33,266 nucleotides of DNA from Octopus bimaculoides (taxonomy: Eukaryota), in contig NC_068989.1 in assembly GCF_001194135.2 (NCBI RefSeq), positions 30,415,873-30,449,138 on the forward strand. The letters run 5' to 3'. The position numbers and the translations under genes are program-made. Under the pieces are notes generated by a model. The model was not told where the DNA came from and did no database searches. It worked only from the letters and a program-made list of their open reading frames with translations. Positions 1-11,957 of this stretch are shown here, in pieces. Position 1 is the stretch's first letter, and each line of letters begins with the position of its first letter.

Positions 1-5
1 TATAT

Positions 6-11
6 ACACAT

Positions 12-53
<42 letters not shown>

Positions 54-60
54 ACATACA
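6..60. repeat. (CA)n microsatellite
   Basis: Uninterrupted CA run at about 13-48 with degenerate flanks. Confidence 0.95.
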
Positions 61-249
61 TTATGTTGGACTATATTTTCAATCGAGATGGTACAACTGT
101 ATTTCATTCTTCAAGTGCTTCATTTCTGTGTATGTACATATATTTACTAGATTACTGACATTTAGCAATGGTTTCTCCCATTGTGTTAATGTGCTCTTTT
201 TTATCATTAGTAAAACTGTCGGTATTTTTTGACAACACGGGTATGTCAT

Positions 250-1322
250 AGCAGACAGGTCATCTTGAGCACAGAAAATTACCAATCATCTAGGCTCAAC
301 ATGTTGAAATCAGCCTTCACTACTTCATTTTGTGTCTTCTTGGGTCTCTTTCCTCTGCAAGTTCCATCCACTTTCAGCAATTGGCACTTTTTCATACAGC
401 TGTCCTTATCCTTAGACATCACATGACCATCTTAATGCAGTCTTCTCTCTTGCATGCTATATCTGATTCCTCTTAAGCCAAGTTTCTTGTCAACACATTC
501 ATACCGTGTTGTTTACAAACACTGATTGTGCACATCCAATGAAGTATACTAGATTCATTCCTTTCTAGTCTTTGCATGTTCTCTGCATTCAGGGCCCATG
601 TCTCACTGTCCTGTAACACTGCTATTCACACACAAGCATCATACAATCTGCCTTTTACTGTGAAAGAGAATTTCTGTTACCAACAGAGGTAATAACACTA
701 AATTTTCATCATCTTGTCCTTATTCTAGTAATTATCCTTTATGAACAATCTCTTTTGCTGCAAATTTGGTCACCTAAATAACAAACACAATTACATTTAG
801 TGAACCTTCAGGACAATCAAGAAAATCTAATTCCTATGTGTTCCCAAGCATCTGCCCTATACAAAGTCTACTTTCTGTGTTAGTCTTCATATGATTCTTC
901 TAGCATATCCACAACTTGCACTGGGTATAAATCCTAAACACTATATAGGATTTTTACCCAACCTTTCCTAGTCAAAGGGAGTAGAGTCCTTCCCTTTTCC
1001 TGCTTGCTAAATCTTAGATTTTTGTTAAGTAATCTTTAAGACTCTTTAATTTCATGCTCTACTTCCACACCTGGATTTTCTGTTCTAAAGTTACCATAGA
1101 GTCTGCTATAAGAATGAGATTATCAGCATTGACTGTTCTCAAGGCAGCTGATCTTAAGTTCTGTTATGACCTAGAAGACGATAATGAATAGGAGGTGACT
1201 GAGTATGAAGCCCTGGTAAACTCCCATCTGTAAATCAAATTTATTGCTGTACTCACTAACTTTCACCTTACTGAGAACACCTCTATACATGGCTTGTATG
1301 GCTCTCTCAAGCCATTTATCTA
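250..1322 (-). mobile_element. RTE-clade LINE, decayed RT and C-terminal part (PHD-containing family)
   Basis: Minus-strand translation gives KWLERAIQAMYRG, YLGDQI and RLYDACV..ETWALNAE-like motifs matching the cleaner copy at 28.7-29.85 kb. Many stops and frameshifts. Confidence 0.9.
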
Positions 1323-2810
1323 CAGACGAGTGTGTCTGCATATGCAGACAACGTCAACGTCATTGTGTCTAGCCAGAAGCACATTGAGCTGATTGGTGAG
1401 ACACTGAAAGACTACAAAGCGGTAACAGGAGCGAAAATCAACCAGGAAAAGTNNNNNNNNNNAAGACTACAAAGCGGTAACAGGAGCGAAAATCAACCAG
1501 GAAAAGTCAGTGGGCTTGCAGCTCGGCACCTGGAGAAGCAAGCCCATGCCATTCACCAGCGCCTCCGGTCAAGTTGCTCGGGTTTGAACCAGACCTCCAA
1601 ACGGAGTAGAACTGGAACGAGATAATGAGTAGGGTGGTCACTCTCGCCCGGCAATGGGCTGAGAGGAAGCTGTCCCTAAAAGGTCAGGTGAAGGTGGTGA
1701 ACACATACATCGCATCTGTCATCTACTACCGCCTGACCGTCGTGCCTTGTCCCGACCCTACCATCACCAAACTAGAACGCATTCTCTTCCACTTCTTGTG
1801 GAAAGGCTGCGTTCCAATGGTCTGATGATCTGTTTGCTGCCAACACCCGTTAAAAGGAGGGCTGGGCATGCTGTGGTTGATGATGCGCAGACACGTGCTG
1901 AGACTGTGATATCTCCGGCTCTACATAGATGACGGTGAACAGGTGTGGTTGCTGTTTGTGATGCGCACTTTCCTGCAGCTTGTCTCCATGACTGAACTGC
2001 AGTCATGAATCAAAAAGAGGCCAAGGAAGGGCGAATGACTCTGCGAGTGTCGTGTTGCTCTCGAACAACTATGCCATCCGGGGTCGACCTTGAGCGACTT
2101 CAACACAACCAAAGCATTCTATAGGGGATTAGTGGGGGGGGGGAGGTACAACAACGATCTCAGGGCGAACCTGCTATCACGTGTGGGATGAGTCAGTTTA
2201 TCAACCGAGTCTATCATGAATATTGTCATGCCTCCTTCCTTGAAATGGGAAGGAAGAGCCATTTTCATCGTACTTGTGACTATGGCAAAAGAATGTGTAT
2301 GGTGGATGCATCTGAAATGTCTAGAGACAAGCACTTTCCTCTCTGGTGAATCTCTCATCAACTTCTTCAAGTATCACTGGAAGAGGAAGGTGAGAGTAGA
2401 GAGGGAAGTTTTGTCTGGTGAATGTTTCAAAAAAGATGGGTGAATGTAGCAAGGATGGTATGTGCGAATGACAGAGTCACCTTGAGCATAATCCTATGAA
2501 CCAAAAAAAGAAGGGAAAAAAAGAGAGCCATTTACTGTAATGCGTTTTTTTGCATGACATTATTGCCCGAGGTTACGTGGTCTTTTCCATAGGCTTTTCC
2601 TTCCACAGATAAACCTAATCTGTTTCCCCTTTTACACTATGACATTTCTGTGATACACGATCCCTATTGATCAGCTTTATTTTTTTAACGATCCCTTTTG
2701 ATCAAATTCTTACCCCCCCCCCTTTTTTTTTCTTCTCTTTCCAAAAAGAAAAACTCTACTTTGTATTTTGTCTCCTCTGTGTTCAGCCTTGTGTGGCCAA
2801 TAAAGAAACA
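1323..2810 (+). mobile_element. 5'-truncated L1/Tx1-clade LINE (RT C-terminal half and 3' UTR) nested in the RTE
   Basis: SAYADNVNVIV..KINQEKS and RKLSLKGQVKVVNTYIASVIYYRLTVVPCP..LERILFHFLWKG are typical of L1/Tx1 ORF2. AATAAA at 2799-2804. TATCTA direct repeat at 1317-1322 and 2811-2816. Confidence 0.9.
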
Positions 2811-2925
2811 TATCTACCCTTAGCTTCCTCAGAGAAGCTTTCTGCAGGTTGACAAATGTAACACACAATGCTTATTTTCTGTGAAATACTTCTGCAGTTA
2901 CCTTGCGAGAAAGTAACATTATTGA
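2811..2925 (-). mobile_element. Continuation of the RTE copy at 250-1322 (RT motifs 2-3)
   Basis: TFLAR(Q)LQKYF.ENK..TFVNLQKA..LRKLRVDK; joins in frame across the Tx1 insertion. Confidence 0.85.
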
Positions 2926-2939
2926 GTAACATTACACCA

Positions 2940-4640
2940 GTTTCCTTGAGAGGATAAGTGTCTTGGTCATCATGGTACACATTTTCATTCCTGCCGAGCA
3001 GCACTCAGCAGCAAGTCTATTAAGTACATGTCAGAGATCACCTTCTGATGAGTCAAGTAGCATCACACTGCAAACTCCAGCTGAGTGATCCTACACTTGC
3101 CAGTTTTAATATTTCTTTCAATCCAGCTGTGCATATCAATCCTGCTCATTAAGATTATGAATAGGAAAGGTGATAGTACACACCCTTGATGGAGTCTGAC
3201 ACTCACACTTAATGGTTTTAACTTAGCATCATTTATCCAAACACAACTACTAGGACATTTATAAATAGACTTCAAGGCAACAAGAAGCTATCCATTGATC
3301 CCATGCTCTTGCAGAACCTTCCACAAGGCCCATGGAATATGGTTGAGTATCTTCTTGAGGTCTACAAAATAAACATACACCTCTTGACCATACTCCCACA
3401 TTTCTCAAAAACCTACCACAGAGTGAATGTTTAGTTGACTGAGCTGTGTTCAGGGTGAAAACAGTACTTTGTTAGCCAGCTTGGATTCAGCAATATCCCT
3501 ACATTTCTTCCCCAAGCCATCCAGCATAGACTTTACGAAGTAGGCTTAACAAGGTGATTCCTCTATAATTAGAGCACTAACTCATGTCTCCCATTTTGAA
3601 ACTTAAGATTATCATTTTCGAATGCTATTACTTAGGTCCCTTTCTTGAGATCCAAGCCACCTACCATACAGAAATCAGTTAATAAAGATGTTACTAGCCT
3701 TAAACAAAGAATACCATCTCTGTTTAAGGCTATTAACATCTCAAGCTGAATTTTATCTCTTCCAGGAGTGTTAAGGCTCTTTAATTGCTTTTGTGACCTC
3801 AGACTCAGAGAGTTTTGTCATTGCTCCTAAATGCACCTCATGTATATTAGAATATGTTGTTGTGACTAGGTTTAGAAGATAAGCAAAATATTCTCTCCAC
3901 CTCTTAAGAGTACACCTCTCTTTAAGGAGAAGGACTCCCTGATAGCAGGCATGGAGAGAGACTTATTACAAAGTCATCAGATGGTCTGCTAGAATACTTT
4001 ATTTGCTGATCTAATGTCAGAATCCAGCTTAACTCCAAAACTTAATCTTAGCCTCGTAGGCTTTTACTGTCTCTGCTTACTATATCTGCTTGTACCAAAT
4101 GTGCAAGAAAGAGGACTTATTTCCAAGCCAAGTTTTGTAAGCCTCCTTCTTTGCTCAGACAGCATCTTTAACCTCTAAGGGGTCCTCCTGCCACCCAGTA
4201 CCACAATGAATTACTTTCACCTGCAGCATTTAACAGCTAAAGCAGAAACTGCCAAGCTGAACAGTCTCCACTTTGTTTCAATGTCTTTAGTTTATTCAGG
4301 GAGTTCATACCTGGCCCTGATCTCCTTATTAGCCAGCATTTCCCACTTTATCCTGTAGGTCAAGCTGGACCTGTTCATCTCGTGGGTTTTCTTTGCTTTG
4401 GATAGTCTCAAATAGATGGTGATTGGTTGACAGCTCAACCCCTCACTTAACACAAACATCTAGCATAGAATTGAAGAGATTAAAGACAATGATAAAATTA
4501 ATTATTGATCTCTGACTCCGATCTCCTCTATACCATGTATATTTCTGGATGTCTTCATGCTGGAAGGAAAGGTTCATAGTAGAAAGCCCATTACTAGAAA
4601 ATAAATCAAATAAGGCCTCTGCCAGCAAAATCGCCATGAC
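2940..4640 (-). mobile_element. Rex3/Expander-like RTE LINE relic (endonuclease C-terminus and RT to motif 6)
   Basis: KYTWYRGDRSQRSIINFIIV..LSTNHHL (EN), SVSVRLHQGCVLSPFLFIILM (RT4), LEFAV..LDSSEGDL..AAECCSAGMK (RT5-6). Distinct from the other RTE family. Confidence 0.85.
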
Positions 4641-4688
4641 TACCCACATTTCAGAAAAGAGGTTAGAAGTGATTGTTTGGATCTGGAA

Positions 4689-4712
4689 TGTGTGTGTGTG
4701 TGTGTGTGTGTG
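4689..4712. repeat. (TG)n microsatellite
   Basis: 12 TG units. Confidence 0.95.
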
Positions 4713-5145
4713 TATTACCATTTATCTTTTTACTTGTTTCAATTACTGAACTGCGACCATGCTGGGGCACCGTCTCAAAAGATTGTAGTTGAATGAATTG
4801 AACCCAGTCCTTATTTTCTCTTCTAAAGCCTTTGTCAAACTTCTAAGTTATGGGAAGGCAAACAAACCATCACTAGTTTTCAAGTGATGGTGGGGAACAA
4901 ATAAAAGATACACACACATAGTTATGCACATATTTATATATACATTATATATGCATATCTATATATCTGTCTATATGACAGTTATATATATGAGAGTCTT
5001 CTTTTCAGTTTCCATCTACCAAATCCACTCACAAGGCTTTGGTCAACCTGGGTCTATAGTAGGAGACATTTGTTAAAGGTTCCACACAATGGTACTGAAC
5101 CCAAAGTCATGTGGTTGGGGAGCAAACTTGTTACAACACAGCAGT
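4713..5145 (-). mobile_element. tRNA-derived SINE, family A (head GGAGTGGCTGTGTGGTAAG, internal TA/TG tract)
   Basis: Reverse complement of the better-preserved copy at 15088-15858: CAGTTTCCATCTACCAAATCCACTCACAAGGCTTTGGTC block and TTTTACTTGTTTC tail. Confidence 0.85.
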
Positions 5146-5149
5146 GTTG

Positions 5150-5700
5150 AATGAAATATAGATATGAATGATCGTATTTAACATGTACATGTACACTGGA
5201 AATGATAAGACATACACTGAAGAAATTATTCTGAGAAAAGAATTTTCCTTTGTGTGCAAAACACACCATTGGGCTATGAATAGCATCACTGGACTGTAAG
5301 ATAAATGTTTCTGCATAATTGTGTCTCATCAGCTACAGACACCAACTTGTTATATATGTGGGTGTGTGTACTGACATATCTAACAAAATATTTCTTTCAA
5401 CACTGCTTAGTACACCTCTAATTTATTTAGTCTAGCTTGACAAAACTTTACAGAATGTCAACAAATATAACAGGAAGTCCTTAGTGACTTTGAATGATGA
5501 ATAGGTAACCGTAGCTGATGATGTGCAATGAGACAGAAACACGTGCAATACACAGTCCATTCATAGGTCAATTCTGTGATTTGCACATATATTGTCAATA
5601 AGAATTTTTCACTCTCGGGACAATTTCTGCAGCATATGTCTTTCTATGACCAAGTGTGCACAAACATGTTAGATATGATTGTTCAGAACTATATATACAT
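5150..5700. mobile_element. Foldback element: about 190-bp imperfect inverted arms (5150-5345 and 5503-5700), each with a hammerhead-like core
   Basis: Colinear shared blocks between the + right arm and the reverse-complemented left arm: GTAGCTGATGA-N14-GAAACA, ACAGTCCA, TTCATAG, TTTGCACA, AATTTCT.CAG..TATGTCTT, ACATGTTA.ATA.GAT..TTCA. Confidence 0.8.
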
Positions 5701-5985
5701 GACTTAGTGGTTAGGGTGTTGTACTCATGATCTAGCAATCATGGTTTCAATTCCTAGACTAGGTGGTGCATTGTGTTTTTGAGCAAAACACTTCATCTCA
5801 CATTACTCTTTGATCACTTTGACACCTGATGCATGACACATTGTGTACCTGTTCAAACAGTATTGATTTGATAGAGAGAGTGAATTAATGTGTGGCACAA
5901 ACATTTGATTCCTATAAACAAATCAGTTGGGCAGGTCATTTAGCAAAAGCTGAATGCTCATACATCATTTTCGATGGAGAGTCCA
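5701..5985 (+). mobile_element. tRNA-derived SINE, family B-like (decayed)
   Basis: A-box-like GACTTAGTGGTTAGG, B-box-like GGTTTCAATTCC, then GCATTGTGTTTTTGAGCAAAACACTT. Confidence 0.7.
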
Positions 5986-5986
5986 T

Positions 5987-6010
5987 CACACACACACACA
6001 CACACACACA
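5987..6010. repeat. (CA)n microsatellite
   Basis: Direct observation. Confidence 0.9.
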
Positions 6011-6634
6011 TATACATACATTTGTAGATACAAACATGCATGCATACATAGTAACCAAATAAGAATGGAAAGCTCAAAACATCACTACATTAACAATAGA
6101 GTACATTACATTTTGCATAATTCAAATTATTATATAATTAGAGTATAACCATTCCATTTCATCAGGTTATATTCAGCCTTCAGTTAATAACATACAATTG
6201 ATCTATGAGAGTAACAATTAAGCAAAATTGAATGAAAAGCAAGATTTCTAAGAAACAGTGATTTTCAAAATGGGAAAGAGGTATTAAGGCTTGTGACAAT
6301 TAAACATCATATTTGCAAAGGCATACAAGTTAATGGAGATACATGCTAGAAGGGGAATGGCGTAAGGTTATATCACTTTTCAGATATTGGATTTTTTTAC
6401 TTAAATAATTTTTGATGGGCAGCTATATCTTGTAATAAATAATACAACTGCAGATTGGCTGAGTGACCAATACAGTGATACAAACTTAAACACTATTCAA
6501 GATAATTGATAAGAAATATGGCTAGTTGCTCTGAATGATGTGCACAAAATATATCATGCACATGTATGTATACACACATATATATGCCAAATAAACCATA
6601 CACACTTGATAGTAAAGATAATTAAAACCTTATA

Positions 6635-7684
6635 TGAGGTGGTATCAAAAAGTTCCCAGACTAGTTATATTAAATTTTAAAAAATAACTTATTTACCTCA
6701 GTTTTAACATCATCTCTTTCGAAATAGTCACCTTGCACATCAATACACCAGTCCCAGCATTTCTGCTACTTTTGGAATTTGGCCTGGAAGTCGTTTTCTG
6801 TAGGCAAGTTGAGAACCTGTGATTCACTCTGGACCTTGAAAACGGTGACCTTTGTGCTGCCTTTACATCTTGAGGAAAAGATGAAAGTCTACAGGAGCTA
6901 AATCTGGTGAATAGGGTGGGTGAGAAACACGAGTGAGGAGAGCTTACTTACGGGGTGTATTGTCATCTTGAAGAATCCAATTCTTCGTGCTCCACAGATT
7001 TGGTCACTTTCACTGAATTTCCTTCCTTAAATGCTTCAAAATGTCACGGTAGAACTCTCAATCGATGGTCTGACTCTGGGGGACATTCTTGACAGACTTC
7101 AATCTGATGTTCTTTCTGCTCAGTGGTCAGCAGGCAGGGGACAAACTTGGCAGAGACATACTGCTGCATGTTCAATTCAGATATTAGAATTGACTGCACA
7201 GACCCATACAACATCAGCAATGTTAGTGATTGTCCTCTGATGATCCTCATGCACCAGCTGATGAATTTTCTCCATATTTCCAGGGGTGAACTTGTAGAAA
7301 GGTCTTCCAGATCACTTGTCGTCTTCCAGGGATATTCTTCCACTTTTGAAGTACCTGTGCCACTTGAAACATTGTGTTCAACCTATTGCCTCATTGATGT
7401 AAGCTTGCTGAAACATGCTCAATGTCTTTATAGCAGACTTCCCAAGTTTAATGCAAAATTTCATGTTGTTCCTTTGTTCCAACTTCCTGTCCTTGACAAG
7501 ATTGCAGACTACAGCATACACCTGATCACAGAAACACAAATTTTACAACTTGTGAAGTAAACACACCAATGTCACTCAGCACACTGCCTCATAAAGGTCA
7601 CTTCTCTCACTGGACATACAACTGTGTGCTGCCATCTGTTGGCGCACTGCAGAACTAGTCCAGGAACTGTTTGATGCCACCTTG
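6635..7684 (-). mobile_element. Mariner DNA transposon, internally deleted
   Basis: 32-bp TIRs (6635-6666, 7653-7684; 26/32 identical) with TA on both sides. Minus-strand transposase remnants VSAKFVPCLLTTEQKEH, WILQDDN, HPPYSPDLAP. The region around the first catalytic D is deleted. Confidence 0.93.
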
Positions 7685-8220
7685 TACATACATACAACAA
7701 AAAAATATATACATCTACTACATTATTGAGTATAAACATAAACATACACCAACAGTTATTTAGGTATACATATATATACAAACATACCTACAAATAAATA
7801 TCTGTACTTTAAAACCTGCTATCATGGCAGTGCCAAATATGCTCATACATATATGCATAGGTACATCAATTTATATATGTCAACACATTCATGCACATGC
7901 ACAATCTAATATATACATACACATACACACATACAAACAATAGTGTAAAAATACTGACGTGCATATACATACAATTGGAAATGTTTTGGGTAAGAGAATT
8001 TGGGTAACGTGCACACATATATGCACAAATAAATATAAAGGTACACATATGCACACACACTAGGTTGAAAAATGAAAGGTAGCATCATACAACTATATAT
8101 GAGCACAAGAATGTATCCATGCACATGAACTCATCTACCATGTCCTCATATAAACTCTGAAATACAATAAATCTATATACATGGAAACATAGCTATGTGC
8201 ACACATGCATACACATGGAA
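7685..8220. repeat. Low-complexity (CA/TA)-rich degenerate microsatellite field
   Basis: Interspersed CATA/CACA/TATA runs. The overlapping ORFs are compositional artefacts. Confidence 0.7.
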
Positions 8221-8944
8221 AAGAAATGTTCAGTTACGTTGAACTCTGTTTTCTTTCCTATTAATTGTAGTGTCATTTTATTCCATTTCAACTTGCTATA
8301 TCTATAGCTACACTGTCTTCGAGTTAAATGTTATGTAAATTAATTCTAGTAAAAATGTGCTGTCTTGTCTCTTCATTATGATGGGCAGCTTGCTTCAATA
8401 CTATCCTGAAAACATGTATATCCTATCCTCTTATGTTTGCTTACATTAGACATTCAGTTTTTGCTTGTTGAATATCTATATCATCACTATGTCTCTACCA
8501 TGGGATAGCCATGTGACTTGATCAGTCATGGTGCACCTTTCCATCCCACCCACACCACCTATACCAGAAATCTCTCTTTTGTACAGGAAACCTTTCCTTT
8601 AAACCAGAAACCTCTGTAGAGTGCTTTCTTCTCTCTACCCTCTCTCCTGCTGACTATCAGTAACAGTATTACAATGTAAGAAGAGACTTAGCAAGCCCAC
8701 TCACACTAGAAATATGACAAGTGTAATCACCAGTGGATTAATTATCAGCACTATGTATCTTTGTATAAACAATGGCATATACTGCACCCTCTTCTGGTAG
8801 ATGCAGCAAACATAAAATGAATGAACAATGGTAAATTGAATGCAGGGTGAAACTTATATGAATGGCCTGTTGGCAAGCATCCATGCAAACCTTTTCTGAT
8901 GCTGAATGCTGTACTTCATTCCCCTGCTCCCTCTTACCATCCCT

Positions 8945-10438
8945 TCTTCACCCTTAACATTGGTACACTCAATATAGGCACATTGAAAAGTAGGTTTGGT
9001 GAGATTGCTGAGATGTTGGGACAGAGGCGCATATATGTGTGTTGCATTTGAGAAGTAAGGTGGAGGAGAGCTTCTGCCTGTTTCCTCACAAGCAAAGCAC
9101 ATAGCTAGAAAATCTTCTTGGTAGACAATAATGATGGGGTTGGTGGTATGGACATACTTCTTGCTGAGAAATGGGTTGATAAGGCAACTGAGGTAGTCAG
9201 ATGATACTTATGCTTAGACTAGTTTTGCAAAGTAGTATACCAACTATCATTTCTGCTTATGTTCAACTGATACTACCAGATGAAAAGAAAGATCGGTTTT
9301 ATGAAACCTTTTTGCAGCTTACTTCATTGAGAAATGACAGTGACGTTCTCTTCATGGTTGGTGACTTTAATAGGTAAGGTGTGCAGCAGCTGGATGACTG
9401 CCATGGAGTGCATGGAGGTTATGGAGTTGGTTCCCACAATGAGGAGAGAATTAAGAGTTCTGTAATGCAAATGACCAAATGTTCATCAACACTAACTTCA
9501 GGAAACCAACAAGTCACCTTTTCACCTATCAACCTGGTTGGAACACAAGCCAGATTGACTACATTCTCACCAGAAAATGGGGAAGGTGGTTATTCATAAA
9601 TGCAAAGACCTTTCTGAATGAAGAGTGCACTCCTCAACACAGGTTAGTCATTAATGACTTCAGACTTCAGGCAAGAAAGATTCCAAGAAACAAACTAGTC
9701 TAGAAAGGGAAGATTTGGAAGTTTAAGGATCCTCTAACAGAAGCCATTAATGAAAAGGAAGAGGAGATAGTGACATATAGCAATGAGGACAACCAGAACT
9801 TCATACAAATGATATAATGAAGGCCATTAACCAAATTTGTGGCTGGTGCAAAGTACCAAAGTGGTGGAACAATGTAGTTGACAGCGAAGAAATGTGCCTG
9901 GAAAGACTAGAAGAGTGGTGGTAGCTGAGAACTATATCAGAAAGCTAGAAGGAAAGTTAGGAGACAGGTATATTTAGCTAGAGGAGAAGCAGAAAGGAAA
10001 AAGTTTGCTAATATTCTGTGATGCAAGGACCAGAGGCTTGAAGTGTTTTGGATTTACAAGACAGTGTATTAGGGAAATTCATGATGTAGGAGAGAAGTAT
10101 GTTCGCATGGTTGACAATTCACTTGCATTTAGTGATTCTGCAAAGAAAGAGGATTGGAAGTGCCACTATGAAAGGCTATTAAATGTGGAGAATGCATGAG
10201 AGGAGGAAAGCCTACCAACAGAGGAAGCAGCTATCTGAATTGACAGTAACTTGATAAATAAAGCAATTAAGGATATGAAGACAGGGAAAGCACCCAGCCC
10301 ATCAAGAATCACCACTGAGATGCTTCAAATATCTAGTGGAGATGGATATGGTGTAGTCACCTGTACAACAAATCAGGATGTCCCCAAGGGAGTCATACCC
10401 CAACAGCTGGCGTAGCAGCATTATAGTAAACTGCTACA
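8945..10438 (+). mobile_element. RTE LINE 5' half (APE endonuclease to start of RT), decayed
   Basis: TLNIGTLKSRFGEIAEMLGQRRIYVCCI*EVRW (EN motif I), VGDFN, SQIDYILTRK, ECTPQHRLV, MKTGKAP.PSRIT.EML, WRSSIIVNCY. Confidence 0.9.
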
Positions 10439-10440
10439 CT

Positions 10441-10745
10441 GGCACTCCATTAATTGCAATGACAAGTGTTCCAGTTGATCTGATGAATGGAACAGCTTGT
10501 AATAGCTGAGCACTCCACAAACATGTGTAGCCTTCATGTAGTTCTCAGGGAGATTAAGTGTGACACAGAATGTAATAAGCCTGGCCCTTTGAATTACAGG
10601 TACTACTCATTTCTGCCAGCTGAGTGGACTGGAATAATGTGAAATCAAGTGTCTTGCTCAAGGACACAACGTGCCACCAGGAACTGAACTCACATCCTTA
10701 TGATTGTGAGCTGAATACCCCAACCACTAAGCCATGCACTTTCAC
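10441..10745 (-). mobile_element. tRNA-derived SINE, family B
   Basis: Reverse complement reads GCATGGCTTAGTGGTTGGGGTATTCAGCTCAC..GAGTTCAGTTCCTGG..GTGTCCTTGAGCAAGACACTT. Homologous to 13423-13655. Confidence 0.88.
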
Positions 10746-10869
10746 ATATGGCTAGATTAAAAGAAGTTTTAGTTGATAAAACAATAAAATAGCAATATGT
10801 CTTAATCCAGATCAAAGAAAAGGAGCCTTATATGGTAGCTCAATGATCAAGGAATAGCTGCTAGATTGT

Positions 10870-11135
10870 CTAATCACCAATATAGTAAGTCAGGTTGTTC
10901 ACAAGGGAATCATACTCAATGATTGGTGTCGCAGCATTATAGTCAACTGCTACAAAGGAAAAGGTGTGGCTGTAGACAGAAATAATTACAGAAGTTTCAA
11001 ATCATTGAATCAGGTGATGAAAGTTACAGAGAGGGTCATAGCTCAATTAATTAGGAAGCGAGTTAGCTTAGATGAGAAGCAGTTTGGTTTTGTGTCAGGG
11101 AGAAGCACTACTGATGCTATCTTCCTAGTAAGAAA
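10870..11135 (+). mobile_element. RTE LINE RT motifs 0-2 fragment
   Basis: NDWCRSIIVNCYKGKGVAVDRNNYR..KVTERVIAQLIRKRVSLDEKQFGFVSGRSTTDAIFLVRK. Confidence 0.9.
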
Positions 11136-11610
11136 AAATTACATTTTAAAATTTACATGGTCACAATTTCATATCTAGAAAAAAATTTTATAGTAAAATA
11201 ATTATTTCATATGTAAAATATAGGGGGCACAATTTCATGAGGGTAAAAATTTAATGCAACGTGGTATACTCTGAAAACCACATTGTTGGTCACACAAAGC
11301 ATTACCAATGGGCTAAGTAACGTAATGACAAGCAGAATTATTATAAGATGAGAGCTATGACGTGACATTGTCATCATTTACTGGTGTATATATATACATA
11401 TATATATATATATAAGTTTTGTGGTGCAAACTGTTAAAATAGAACTCAGACATGAGTATATATATTTTTTATTAAGAATTGACAGAAGTTACAGAATGAG
11501 TCAAGGATCAAGAGTTTTGTGCATTTGATAAAGTGCCAATGCATGAAAAAACTCTTGGCCCATGAATCACTCTGTAATTTCTACCCATTATTAACAATAT
11601 ACATTTATAT

Positions 11611-11704
11611 NNNNNNNNNNNNNNNNNNNNNNNNNNNNNNNNNNNNNNNNNNNNNNNNNNNNNNNNNNNNNNNNNNNNNNNNNNNNNNNNNNNNNNNNNN
11701 NNNN
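11611..11704. other. Assembly gap (94 N) between TA-rich sequence and (GA)n
   Basis: N run followed by (GA)n at 11706-11731. Confidence 0.99.
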
Positions 11705-11957
11705 TAGAGAGAGAGAGAGAGAGAGAGAGAGATATCCCTTGGCCTCTCTCCTGTGTTTAAAAGAGTAGAGCCAAAGGAGTATTTTTGAGGAGCAATAATC
11801 AACTTGTTTAGAGCTAATAATTCCAAAAAGTCAACATTATGGACACCCAGGTTCTCAAGATCTAACCTTATAGCTTACATGTGAGTGATACACGATAAAT
11901 GTGTCTTAGGAAGGATGCTATAGTGGACATTGTGATTTTGAATCTGAGACTGAACTG

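Noticed and set aside
79-285. Minus-strand ORF with KKSTLTQWEK, reminiscent of SNF2 motif Ia
   Set aside because: Only a few residues match, the ORF starts inside an RTE relic, splice signals are weak, and another frame could equally be an old LINE remnant.
1408-1507. 45-bp direct duplication around a 10-N gap in the Tx1 element
   Set aside because: Identical sequence on both sides of a fixed 10-N spacer is typical of overlapping contig ends joined during scaffolding, not a biological repeat.
5216-5293. 78-nt minus-strand exon-like segment (AG..GTATGT; PVMLFIAQWCVLHTKENSFLRIISS)
   Set aside because: It lies wholly inside the left arm of the 5150-5700 inverted repeat and its CAG/TCC acceptor is shared with the other arm, so it is repeat-derived unless RNA shows exonisation.
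8490-8560. Stem-loop upstream of the RTE endonuclease, checked as an HDV-like ribozyme
   Set aside because: No closing P3 strand or P1.1/P4 pattern can be read; the sequence is too decayed to support the call.
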